Source: Flavobacterium sp. (GTDB lineage Bacteria; Bacteroidota; Bacteroidia; Flavobacteriales; Flavobacteriaceae). From it: a DNA stretch of 64,000 nucleotides. The notes beneath the pieces were generated by a model. The model was not told where the DNA came from. It did not search any database and saw only the letters and a program-made list of their open reading frames with translations. The position numbers and the translations under genes are program-made. The stretch lies in contig NZ_JAYWCK010000030.1 of the NCBI RefSeq assembly GCF_043780635.1, forward strand, positions 349-64,348, written 5' to 3'. Positions 19,742 through 28,659 of this stretch are shown here, piece by piece. The first letter of the stretch is position 1, and the number at the start of each line of letters is the position of its first letter.

Positions 19742-20696
19742 TTTTTTTGGGTTTATATTTAGATTTTTCAAATAGTTCTTTAACATTCATTTTTAACATT
19801 TCCTGGAGCGAAACTTCATTATTTTTCATAAAGGACCGTACCATTTGCCATCCTACCCAGGCTCCAACTCTTCCTGGCGATTCGTTGTCAATTTCGAGAT
19901 AAAATTTAGAAAATGGCGCAGGATTGATAAAACGATTACTCAGTTTTTGATCGTCGCTGTAGAGCATTTCATTTTCCAGAAAATAACGCCACATATAGCT
20001 TTCGTTTTCCTCACACCACTTGATTTGTTCTGGTGTGTAACCCATTTTGTCGGCATCATTATAATCAGGTAAAAGAACATCTTTTAAATACAATTGTTTT
20101 CCAAAATAAATCATTTGACTTAATAAATTCTTGTCTATAACTGGCGCTATTTTTTGTGTTGAAAAACTTGAAACCACATCAGGCATAATTTGTTTTTGCT
20201 CGAAATTTTGTTTCAAATACTTAGGAAATTGATAAAACTTATGTTCTTTACCCAAATATAATTCAAGGGAAATAATAACTAAACTATCGGCATAAATTAC
20301 TTTATTATTATAGTCCATTTCAGAGATTACAGTAATTACCTTGGGAGTCTTGGTTTTTGGGAAATAATATTTGATGTGTTGAAAAAGAGTGTTAAGTTCT
20401 TTTTTTACGGGTTCAAAATCAGAATATTTTTTTTGAACTTCAGTATATAATTCTCTCCAAAGCGGATTTTGCATTTTTTCTAACCAAACGCTATCTGGAG
20501 TTCCATTTGGAAAAAAAAATGGAAATTCTTTTTTTAGTTTATTCAAATCCTTAGGTGAAGTCTCAAAAAATAGTTTGTCAAAACGCTCTACTTTGATTTC
20601 TACCGGAATTTTTTCGACCGCATTTTCGACTTTTGATTTTTTTTCACAAGAAATAAAAGCGAATGTTATGGCAATTATAAAAATTATTCTTTTCAT
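19731..20696 (-). CDS. gldB: gliding motility lipoprotein GldB
   Basis: 321 aa with a lipoprotein signal (FAFISC), paired with gldC and next to nadE. Confidence 0.8.
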   Translation of the reverse strand: MKRIIFIIAITFAFISCEKKSKVENAVEKIPVEIKVERFDKLFFETSPKDLNKLKKEFPFFFPNGTPDSVWLEKMQNPLWRELYTEVQKKYSDFEPVKKELNTLFQHIKYYFPKTKTPKVITVISEMDYNNKVIYADSLVIISLELYLGKEHKFYQFPKYLKQNFEQKQIMPDVVSSFSTQKIAPVIDKNLLSQMIYFGKQLYLKDVLLPDYNDADKMGYTPEQIKWCEENESYMWRYFLENEMLYSDDQKLSNRFINPAPFSKFYLEIDNESPGRVGAWVGWQMVRSFMKNNEVSLQEMLKMNVKELFEKSKYKPKKNVE

Positions 20697-20707
20697 TTTA
20701 TTTTTTT

Positions 20708-20793
20708 AGCCCCGATAGCAGTGGAAATCCTTTTCTTTTTTTCCTTTAGAAAAAGAAAAGATTGCAACGGATAGCGGGAATAGCTTCTAAAAA
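20708..20793 (+). repeat. palindromic rod-like element, copy 2
   Basis: AGCCCCGATAGCAGTGGAAATCC, then a variable hairpin (CTTTTCTTTTT / AAAAAGAAAAG), then GATTGCAACGGATAGCGGGAATAGCTTCTAAAAA. The 5' arm matches the copy at 28585 at 21 of 23 positions. Confidence 0.6.
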
Positions 20794-20797
20794 TTAT

Positions 20798-20805
20798 TAT
20801 TTTTG
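20798..20805 (+). promoter_or_regulatory. -7 box (TATTTTTG) upstream of nadE
   Basis: TAnnTTTG match 40 nt upstream of the ATG at 20845. Confidence 0.35.
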
Positions 20806-20844
20806 CAAATATACAATTCCTACTTTTTAAAAACCCAAACTATT

Positions 20845-21651
20845 ATGCCTAAAAAAAGCACCATTCAAGTTGAAAAAGTAAATACACATATTGTCAATTG
20901 GTTAAAAACCTATGCGGAAAACGCAAAAGTTAATGGTTTTGTTGTGGGAATTTCTGGCGGAGTCGATTCAGCAGTTACTTCAACACTTTGTGCACAAACT
21001 GGGTTGCCTACTTTGTGTGTTGAAATGCCTATTCATCAGGCTCCAAGTCACGTAAGTCGAGGTCGTGAACATATTGAACAATTGAAAAACCGATTTCCAA
21101 ACGTGACCAATGTTGAAGCAAATTTGACTTCAGTTTTTGAAACTTTCAAAAATATTGTTCCAAATGTAGCAATTTCGGATAAGGTAAATTTGTCTTTGGC
21201 CAACACTCGGGCTCGTTTACGAATGACTACTTTGTATTATTTTGCAGGAATTCAAGGCTTGTTAGTTGCCGGAACGGGAAATAAGGTAGAAGATTTTGGT
21301 GTTGGTTTTTATACAAAATATGGTGACGGCGGAGTTGATTTAAGTCCAATAGCGGATTTAATGAAGTCCGATGTTTATGCTTTGGGCAACTATTTAAAAA
21401 TCCCGGTTTCAATTTTAGAAGCTTCTCCAACCGATGGATTATTTGGAGATGACAGAACAGACGAAGACCAAATTGGCGCCAGTTATGATGAATTGGAATG
21501 GGCGATGCTTGAGGTGGAAAAAGGAAAAGTTCCAGTAGATTTCTCTGGAAGAGAAAAAAATGTTCTCGAAATTTATATGCGATTAAACACCATTAATCAG
21601 CATAAAATGAGAGAAATTCCGGTTTGTAAGATTTCAAACGGATTTAAGTAG
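20845..21651 (+). CDS. nadE: ammonia-dependent NAD+ synthetase
   Basis: PP-loop motif GISGGVDS. Start chosen at the ATG (MPKKST), because the track start is a TTG inside the promoter. Confidence 0.9.
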   Translation: MPKKSTIQVEKVNTHIVNWLKTYAENAKVNGFVVGISGGVDSAVTSTLCAQTGLPTLCVEMPIHQAPSHVSRGREHIEQLKNRFPNVTNVEANLTSVFETFKNIVPNVAISDKVNLSLANTRARLRMTTLYYFAGIQGLLVAGTGNKVEDFGVGFYTKYGDGGVDLSPIADLMKSDVYALGNYLKIPVSILEASPTDGLFGDDRTDEDQIGASYDELEWAMLEVEKGKVPVDFSGREKNVLEIYMRLNTINQHKMREIPVCKISNGFK

Positions 21652-21738
21652 TATTTTTCTAATATTTATAGAAAGTTTACAAATTTTTTCATTAACTTTA
21701 CTTGTGGATAAAATATTGACAATTCTAAATTTAATATT

Positions 21739-22368
21739 ATGATAAAAGTTTGTTTAGCAAATAATCATCCCGTTGTGCATTTTGGGGTAAAATCCTACTT
21801 TAAAGATCATGATGATATTTCAATTGTTGCCAACGTGGGGAATTTTTTAATGGTACGAGACATCCTCCTTACTAAGGAGATTGATGTCTTAATCTTGGAT
21901 CTAGAATTAGAAGGTCTTTCTAGTATTTTTGAAGTTAAAAATATTTTGAAAAATTTTCCAAAAACAAAAATCATCATATTTAGTGACCTTTCAGAGCAAA
22001 TTTATGCGCCAAATGCAATAAAAGCCGGAGTTTCAGGATTTGTTTCTAAAAAAGAAAAATTAGAAACCTTGGGTCAGGCAATTATTAAAGTGCATCAAGG
22101 AAAGATTATCATAGACGAAACTGTTAAGAAAAACCTTGCCCTGATTGCTAAACAAAACAAAAGTGAGCGTTTATATCGCAAACTCTCTAATCGTGAAGTG
22201 GAAGTTTTGCGCTATTTAAGCGATGGTAAGAAAAACAACGAAATCTCTAAAATATTAGGACTTAACGAAAAAACAATAAGTACTTATAAATTAAGATTAT
22301 TGCAAAAATTAAATGTTACTAATTTGGTGGATTTGGTAAATAAAGCCAAAACACTGGAAATAGTTTAA
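21739..22368 (+). CDS. LuxR/NarL-family response regulator with an atypical receiver domain
   Basis: Receiver fold followed by a C-terminal LuxR helix-turn-helix (LSNREVEVLRYLSDGKKNNEISKIL). The N-terminal acidic pair is NN instead of DD. Confidence 0.85.
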   Translation: MIKVCLANNHPVVHFGVKSYFKDHDDISIVANVGNFLMVRDILLTKEIDVLILDLELEGLSSIFEVKNILKNFPKTKIIIFSDLSEQIYAPNAIKAGVSGFVSKKEKLETLGQAIIKVHQGKIIIDETVKKNLALIAKQNKSERLYRKLSNREVEVLRYLSDGKKNNEISKILGLNEKTISTYKLRLLQKLNVTNLVDLVNKAKTLEIV

Positions 22369-24341
22369 TTATAGCGTGACATTACTCTCCCTAATTTTTT
22401 CGAAAAAGAATTAATTAGTTTATAATAATCCATCGCCATAGACAAGGGCTCAATGTTATCAGAATCTGGTTCTGATGATATTGAGCTTTTTATTTCTTCA
22501 ATAATTCGGTCTACTAAATACCAACGTAATGTTAGAATAGTTTCAGAAACATATTGGCTAATGGTATCCTCTTTAGTCTTTGGAAAAATGCTTTGACCTT
22601 CCCAGTTATGCAAAGCGACTCTTTCGTCTTCCATTAAAATATCTGTCACTTCTTGAGCAAATTCAGGCTGCAAATGCATTAAATATTGCTCTATACTAAA
22701 GTTTTCAGTTTGAAGATAATAATTTATTAAATTATTAAAGATCTCTCTGAATAACGGATTGGCCAGTTCCACTTCGTCTTCCTGTAAACTCAAATAGATT
22801 CTTTGAAATACTTTGTATTCTTTCTTTTCAATTATATTTTCAATTTCTCCAGCTTCATTAGCCTTTAAAAGAACGTCTTCAAATTCCTCTGTTTTATTTC
22901 CATAAAGCAAAAGAATTTCTATTATTTTGCGTTCCAATCCATAAAGAATATCAACTTTTTCGACCTGAATTGCAGCATCATTTTTAACAACTTCAAAGGT
23001 TTTTTGCTCTTGTTTTTGCTTTTTTCCAATGTCCGAAATGTCTTTTTTAACCAATTGGGCCAATGTACTTATAAGCACTTGCTCGGAAATATCCATAATT
23101 CGAGAACATTCCTGAATATATATTTCGCGCTGAATTCTGTCCGGAATTTTGGAAATACTCACGACCATATCTCGAATCAAATCAGCTTTTTTGACTGGGT
23201 CATTTTTAGCATCATTCATCAACAACGATGCTTTGAACTGGATAAAATCTTTAGAATTTTCATCTAAATATTTGATCAACTCTTCATAAGGAGTTTTCTT
23301 GGCAAAACTATCAGGATCTTCTCCATCGGGAAATGCACATACTTTCACGTTCATTCCTTCTTCAAGAATCAAATCAATTCCACGAATAGAAGCTCGTAAT
23401 CCTGCAGCATCACCGTCAAAAAGAACGGTTATGTTTCTTGTCAATCTATTGATTAATCGGATTTGGTCTGGTGTCAAAGCTGTGCCTGATGACGCTACCA
23501 CATTTTCAATTCCGGCTTGATTAAACTGGATAACATCGGTGTAACCTTCGACTAAATAACAATTATTTTGTTTAGCAATGGATTGTTTAGCTTGAAAAAT
23601 TCCGTACAAAACTTTACTCTTATGGTAAATATCACTTTCGGGAGAATTGAGATATTTTGCTGCTTTTTTATCATTGCCCAAAATTCTTCCTCCAAAACCC
23701 AAAATTCTTCCCGACATACTTTGGATGGGAAAAATCACACGCCCTTTGAAACGATCAAAAGGTCTGTCATCTTTGGGAATTGTCAATCCTGTGCTTTCTA
23801 AAAATTCTAATTTGTACCCTTTTCCCAAAGCTTCTTTTGTAAAAGCATCCCAAGCTTCGGGAGAATATCCAAGAAAAAATTTCTTTATAGTTTCACTAGT
23901 AAAACCACGTTCTTTGAAATAGGAAAGTCCAATAGCTTTGCCTTCTTCTGAATGTAAAAGTGTGTTGTGAAAATAATCTTTTGCAAATTCAGAAACCAAA
24001 TACATACTTTCGCGAACGTCAGTATTCGCTTTTTCTTCATCCGTTTGTTCGGTCTCTTCAATTTCGATATTGTATTTTTTTGCTAAATATCTAATTGCTT
24101 CCGGATAGGTAAAATGAGAATGTTCCATCAAGAAAGCTACTGAATTTCCACCTTTGCCTGAGCTGAAATCTTTCCAAATTTGCTTTACCGGCGAAACCAT
24201 AAATGACGGAGATCGCTCATCAGAAAACGGACTTAATCCTTTGAAATTAGTTCCGGCTCGTTTTAATTGTACAAAATCGCCAATAACCTCCTCAACTCGA
24301 GCAGTTTCGAAAACAATGTCTATAGTGGCTTTTGAAATCAA
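22365..24341 (-). CDS. dnaG: DNA primase
   Basis: 658 aa with a TOPRIM region (EGYTDV, DGDAAG) and a conserved N-terminal domain outline. Confidence 0.92.
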   Translation of the reverse strand: MISKATIDIVFETARVEEVIGDFVQLKRAGTNFKGLSPFSDERSPSFMVSPVKQIWKDFSSGKGGNSVAFLMEHSHFTYPEAIRYLAKKYNIEIEETEQTDEEKANTDVRESMYLVSEFAKDYFHNTLLHSEEGKAIGLSYFKERGFTSETIKKFFLGYSPEAWDAFTKEALGKGYKLEFLESTGLTIPKDDRPFDRFKGRVIFPIQSMSGRILGFGGRILGNDKKAAKYLNSPESDIYHKSKVLYGIFQAKQSIAKQNNCYLVEGYTDVIQFNQAGIENVVASSGTALTPDQIRLINRLTRNITVLFDGDAAGLRASIRGIDLILEEGMNVKVCAFPDGEDPDSFAKKTPYEELIKYLDENSKDFIQFKASLLMNDAKNDPVKKADLIRDMVVSISKIPDRIQREIYIQECSRIMDISEQVLISTLAQLVKKDISDIGKKQKQEQKTFEVVKNDAAIQVEKVDILYGLERKIIEILLLYGNKTEEFEDVLLKANEAGEIENIIEKKEYKVFQRIYLSLQEDEVELANPLFREIFNNLINYYLQTENFSIEQYLMHLQPEFAQEVTDILMEDERVALHNWEGQSIFPKTKEDTISQYVSETILTLRWYLVDRIIEEIKSSISSEPDSDNIEPLSMAMDYYKLINSFSKKLGRVMSRYN

Positions 24342-24416
24342 TTTCTGTTGAAAGATTTAATTATTGGAAAGTTGTAAAAATACGTAAATCAAAATAAAAA
24401 AATATGAAAATAACCT

Positions 24417-25394
24417 TTACTTTTTTCTTTCAATAACATAATTCACCATCAAAGTCAAAGCATCTTTGAACTCAGATTTAGGATAAATATCCAAAAGCAA
24501 AAGAGCTTCTTGCTGGAATTGTGCCATTTTTTGTTCGGCATAAAGTAGTCCGTTGTTATTTTTCACAAAGGCAATAACTTCTTTTACTCTCTTTTTGTCT
24601 TTGTTGTGGTTTTTGATTGAATTAATGACCCAGGATTTTTCTTTTGAAGTACAATTATTCAAAACGTGAATAAGCGGCAAAGTCATTTTCTGTTCTTTGA
24701 TGTCGATTCCAGTAGGTTTGCCAATAGCTTCCTCTGTATAATCAAATAAATCGTCTTTTATTTGAAAAGCCATTCCTATGAGTTCTCCAAATTTTCTCAT
24801 ATTTTCGACCTGAATTTCATCCTCAATAACCGATTTTGCTCCTAAAGCGCAACAAGCAGCAATAAGTGTAGCTGTTTTTTTTCGAATGATTTCGTAATAA
24901 ACATCTTCAGTAATATCAAGTCTTCTGGCTTTTTCAATTTGCAATAATTCACCTTCACTCATTTCGCGCACGGCCACAGAAATAATTCTTAGCAAATCAA
25001 AATCTCCATTATCTATTGAAAGCAACAACCCTTTGGATAATAAATAATCTCCAACAAGTACGGCAATTTTATTTTTCCAAAGTGCATTAATGGAGAAAAA
25101 GCCTCTTCGGCGATTACTGTCATCCACAACATCATCGTGAACCAAAGTAGCAGTATGAATCAACTCAATTACTGATGCCCCTCGATAAGTCCTTTCGTTT
25201 ACAATTCCTTCAGAAACCATTTTTGCAGTCAAGAAAACAAACATTGGGCGCATTTGTTTTCCTTTTCGATTGACGATATAATAAGTGATTCTGTTCAGTA
25301 AAGCCACTTTTGAAGTCATCGATTCATAGAACTTTTTTTCAAAAAGTTCCATTTCGATAAAAATAGGCTGTTTTATTTGAGAAGTGATATTCAT
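24417..25394 (-). CDS. polyprenyl diphosphate synthase (long-chain trans-IPPS type)
   Basis: First Asp-rich motif LVHDDVVDDSNRRRG and second motif QIKDDLFDY. Confidence 0.88.
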   Translation of the reverse strand: MNITSQIKQPIFIEMELFEKKFYESMTSKVALLNRITYYIVNRKGKQMRPMFVFLTAKMVSEGIVNERTYRGASVIELIHTATLVHDDVVDDSNRRRGFFSINALWKNKIAVLVGDYLLSKGLLLSIDNGDFDLLRIISVAVREMSEGELLQIEKARRLDITEDVYYEIIRKKTATLIAACCALGAKSVIEDEIQVENMRKFGELIGMAFQIKDDLFDYTEEAIGKPTGIDIKEQKMTLPLIHVLNNCTSKEKSWVINSIKNHNKDKKRVKEVIAFVKNNNGLLYAEQKMAQFQQEALLLLDIYPKSEFKDALTLMVNYVIERKK

Positions 25395-25749
25395 CTAGGA
25401 TTCAAATATACTATTTTCGAATAAAAAAAACGTTATCTATTTACTGTAAATGAAAGTGTTTTTTGAATTATTTTATTTTGAGTTAAAACCATTTTGAATT
25501 CTATCTGATTACCCATCTTTAAAAATTTCCTTAATGAAATAAAATAATCTGAATTTTGTACAATATCTTAACTATAATAATGAATAAATCACTAATTATT
25601 AGACACATAACATTTATTTAAAAATGTGTAGTTCATCATTTTAAGATAGCAACTCACTTGTTTTGCATTTTTTTACATAAATTTGATATCCCCATTTAAA
25701 CCTTTTATTAATATATCTATCAAAGATAGAAACCTTAAAAAATTTTATT

Positions 25750-26607
25750 ATGAAAACAAAAATTTTATTATTTGCAACATTGCTTTCGATTACATTTTTT
25801 ATCGGATGTAATACTAACGAATCTGTTAATCAGCCGTCAGCAGCAATAACAACAGATGAAGCTGTTATCAATTCTGATATTGATGCTTCAATAGATGACG
25901 TTTCAATTATTGCAGAAGACCAATTTGACATGCAAAAAAGTTTGACTCTCAAAACAAGTATGGGAATGGCAAGTATGTTGCCTACTTGTGCTACAGTTAC
26001 AATTGTTTTAACTACTGACACATGGACAAGAACTATTGATTTTGGTACTCAAGGTTGTACATTACACAACGGTAACATTGTGAAAGGAAAAATAATTGTT
26101 AGTTCTACAAAAGATTTTACAACCCCAATAAAAACCATTACATATACTTTGGTAGGATTTTACCATAATGGCAAGTTGATTGAAGGAACTAAAACAATTA
26201 TTCGCGAACTTAAAAGTACTGAATTATTATCAGCAATACATCCAGTTACTACTCATTCTATAGACATGAAAATCACATATCCTGATGGTAAAATATATAC
26301 CAGAATAGGAACTCGAGTTAGAGAAATGGTAGAAGGCATGACTTCTATTACTAATTGGGAAGATAACGTTTTCAAAGTTTGGGGATATAATATTACAACT
26401 TTTCCTAATGGTTCAAAATATACCAGCACTATAAAAACTCCGCTTCGAATTAATATGAGTTGCAAAATGCCTTTCCCGGTTGCTGGTATTATTGAAATCA
26501 CGAAAAATGACGGAAAAGCTACACTTGATTACGGAAAAGGAGATTGTGATGATCTTGCAACAATTACAGTTAACGGTGTTGCAAAAGAAATTCATCTGAA
26601 AAGATAA
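25750..26607 (+). CDS. hypothetical lipoprotein
   Basis: Signal peptide with a lipobox (FFIGC). 285 aa, Thr/Ile-rich. I recognise no family. Confidence 0.6.
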   Translation: MKTKILLFATLLSITFFIGCNTNESVNQPSAAITTDEAVINSDIDASIDDVSIIAEDQFDMQKSLTLKTSMGMASMLPTCATVTIVLTTDTWTRTIDFGTQGCTLHNGNIVKGKIIVSSTKDFTTPIKTITYTLVGFYHNGKLIEGTKTIIRELKSTELLSAIHPVTTHSIDMKITYPDGKIYTRIGTRVREMVEGMTSITNWEDNVFKVWGYNITTFPNGSKYTSTIKTPLRINMSCKMPFPVAGIIEITKNDGKATLDYGKGDCDDLATITVNGVAKEIHLKR

Positions 26608-26625
26608 TTTAAAAAACTTATAAAT

Positions 26626-26658
26626 CAAAAACGTCCCGAGATTATCGGGACGTTTTTT
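26626..26658. terminator. bidirectional terminator between the lipoprotein gene and rlmN
   Basis: Stem ACGTCCCGA / TCGGGACGT, flanked by an A run and TTTTTT. Confidence 0.75.
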
Positions 26659-27700
26659 ATGCTTCTTTATTTGCTAATTGGCCACAGGCGGCATCAATGT
26701 CTTTTCCGCGACTTCTACGAACTTTTACTATGATATCATTAGCTTCAAGTGCTTTTATGTAAGCATTAATTGATTCTTCTGAAGCTTGTTGAAACTCTCC
26801 ATCATCTATGGGATTGTACTCTATTAAATTGACTTTACAAGGAACATATTTACAGAATTTTACCAATGCATCAATGGATTCTTTGTTGTCATTAATCCCT
26901 TTCCAAACGACATATTCGAAAGAAATTTTACTTTTAGTTTTTCTATACCAATATTCCAATGATTCTCTCAACTCAGCTAATGGAAAACTTGCGCTAAAAG
27001 GCATTATTCGTGAACGAATTTCATCTATTGCGGAATGCAAAGAAACGGCCAAATTAAATTTCACTTCATCATCCGCCAATTTTTTTATCATTTTTGGAAC
27101 ACCGGAAGTCGAAACTGTAATCCGTTTGGGTGACATTCCCAAACCTTCGTTTGAAGTTATCATTTCGATGGCTTTCATCACATTATTGTAATTCATAAGC
27201 GGTTCACCCATTCCCATAAAAACAATATTAGACAAAGGATGATTGTAATACAAACGGCTTTCTTTGTCGATAGCGATTACTTGATCATAAATTTCTCCTG
27301 GTTCCAGATTTCGCATTCTTTTTAATCGAGCCGTGGCACAAAAATTACAATCTAAACTACAACCCACTTGGCTAGAAACACAAGCTGTTGTTCTGGTGTT
27401 TGTTGGAATCAAAACACTTTCCACAACCAAACCATCGTGAAGTCGAACCGCGTTTTTTACCGTTCCGTCTTCACTTCGCTGCATTATATCCACTTTTATG
27501 TGATTGATTACAAAATTATTTTCGAGCATAGCACGAGTCGCTTTTGCAACATTTGTCATATCCTCAAAACTATGTGCCCCTTTGCTCCACAACCATTCGT
27601 AAACTTGATTACCGCGAAAGGCCTGGTCACCATTGGTTACAAAAAAATTTCTTAATTGTTCTTTGGATAAAGCTCTAATATCTTTTTTCTCAATTTGCAT
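26657..27700 (-). CDS. rlmN: 23S rRNA/tRNA (adenine-C2)-methyltransferase RlmN
   Basis: Radical-SAM motif CSLDCNFC and a C-terminal catalytic Cys in AACGQL. Confidence 0.92.
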   Translation of the reverse strand: MQIEKKDIRALSKEQLRNFFVTNGDQAFRGNQVYEWLWSKGAHSFEDMTNVAKATRAMLENNFVINHIKVDIMQRSEDGTVKNAVRLHDGLVVESVLIPTNTRTTACVSSQVGCSLDCNFCATARLKRMRNLEPGEIYDQVIAIDKESRLYYNHPLSNIVFMGMGEPLMNYNNVMKAIEMITSNEGLGMSPKRITVSTSGVPKMIKKLADDEVKFNLAVSLHSAIDEIRSRIMPFSASFPLAELRESLEYWYRKTKSKISFEYVVWKGINDNKESIDALVKFCKYVPCKVNLIEYNPIDDGEFQQASEESINAYIKALEANDIIVKVRRSRGKDIDAACGQLANKEA

Positions 27701-27909
27701 AGCGCAAATTTAATGACTATTTGTTGATTTATACCGATTATGTATTCAAAATAGTCCAATAAAAATTGGACTGTTTTCATACTATATCGGCATTATATTA
27801 CTTGATTTTGGACTATTTTAAAAAATATAGATGGTATTATTTCATCAATTCGTATAAATGCTCGTGTGTTGATTTGATAATTTGATAACTTTGACAAAAA
27901 TTAATAAAA

Positions 27910-28551
27910 ATGCATTTCATTTCCCAAGAATTAGAAGACTATATCGAGCAACATTCGCAGAAAGAGCCCGAATTATTGGCGGCTTTAGATAAAGAAACTT
28001 TTCAGAAAGTTTTATTGCCAAGAATGCTAAGCGGACATTTTCAAGGACGCGTTTTGAGTATGCTCTCAAAACTGATTCGTCCAGTGAATATCCTTGAAAT
28101 AGGAACTTATACCGGCTATTCGGCATTGTGTTTGTGCGAAGGAATGCAGGAAAACGGAATACTTCACACCATTGATATCAAGGAAGAATTGGTAGATTTC
28201 CAAAGAAAATATTTTAATAAATCACCTTGGGGAAACCAGATTATACAGCATCTTGGTGAAGCTTTGGATATTATTCCTACTTTGGACGTGAAATTTGATT
28301 TGGTTTTTATCGATGCCGACAAGGAAAATTACATCCACTATTTTGAATTTATTGTTCCAAAAATGAACAAAGGCGGAATTATTCTTTCGGACAATGTATT
28401 GTGGAGTGGAAAAGTTCTCGAACCTTTACAACCAAATGATTTGAGCACAAAAATCCTTGTAGAATACAATAAATTATTAAAAAAAGATCCTAGAGTAGAA
28501 ACAGTTTTATTGCCTATTCGAGATGGATTGACGGTGAGCCGGGTTTTATAA
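27910..28551 (+). CDS. class I SAM-dependent O-methyltransferase (caffeoyl-CoA OMT-like)
   Basis: 213 aa with ILEIGTYTGYSAL and FIDADKENY motifs. Confidence 0.85.
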   Translation: MHFISQELEDYIEQHSQKEPELLAALDKETFQKVLLPRMLSGHFQGRVLSMLSKLIRPVNILEIGTYTGYSALCLCEGMQENGILHTIDIKEELVDFQRKYFNKSPWGNQIIQHLGEALDIIPTLDVKFDLVFIDADKENYIHYFEFIVPKMNKGGIILSDNVLWSGKVLEPLQPNDLSTKILVEYNKLLKKDPRVETVLLPIRDGLTVSRVL

Positions 28552-28584
28552 ATAACAGATTATTGAATTGAAAACTGAAGCCCT

Positions 28585-28659
28585 AGCCCTGATAGAAGTG
28601 GAAATCCCACGCTTTTTTTGCGTGGATTGAAACGAATAGCAGGAAAAAGCTCCTAAAAG
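28585..28659 (+). repeat. palindromic rod-like element, copy 3
   Basis: AGCCCTGATAGAAGTGGAAATCC, then hairpin CACGC-TTTTTTT-GCGTG, then GATTGAAACGAATAGCAGGAAAAAGCTCCTAAAAG. Confidence 0.6.

Noticed and set aside
25438-25732. Short palindromes (ATTTAC-T-GTAAAT at about 25438, TCTATC-AAA-GATAGA at about 25716) in the 355-bp AT-rich spacer.
   Set aside because: Palindromes of 12-15 bp are expected by chance in DNA this AT-rich. No repeated or phased copies were seen, so they are not reported as regulatory sites.
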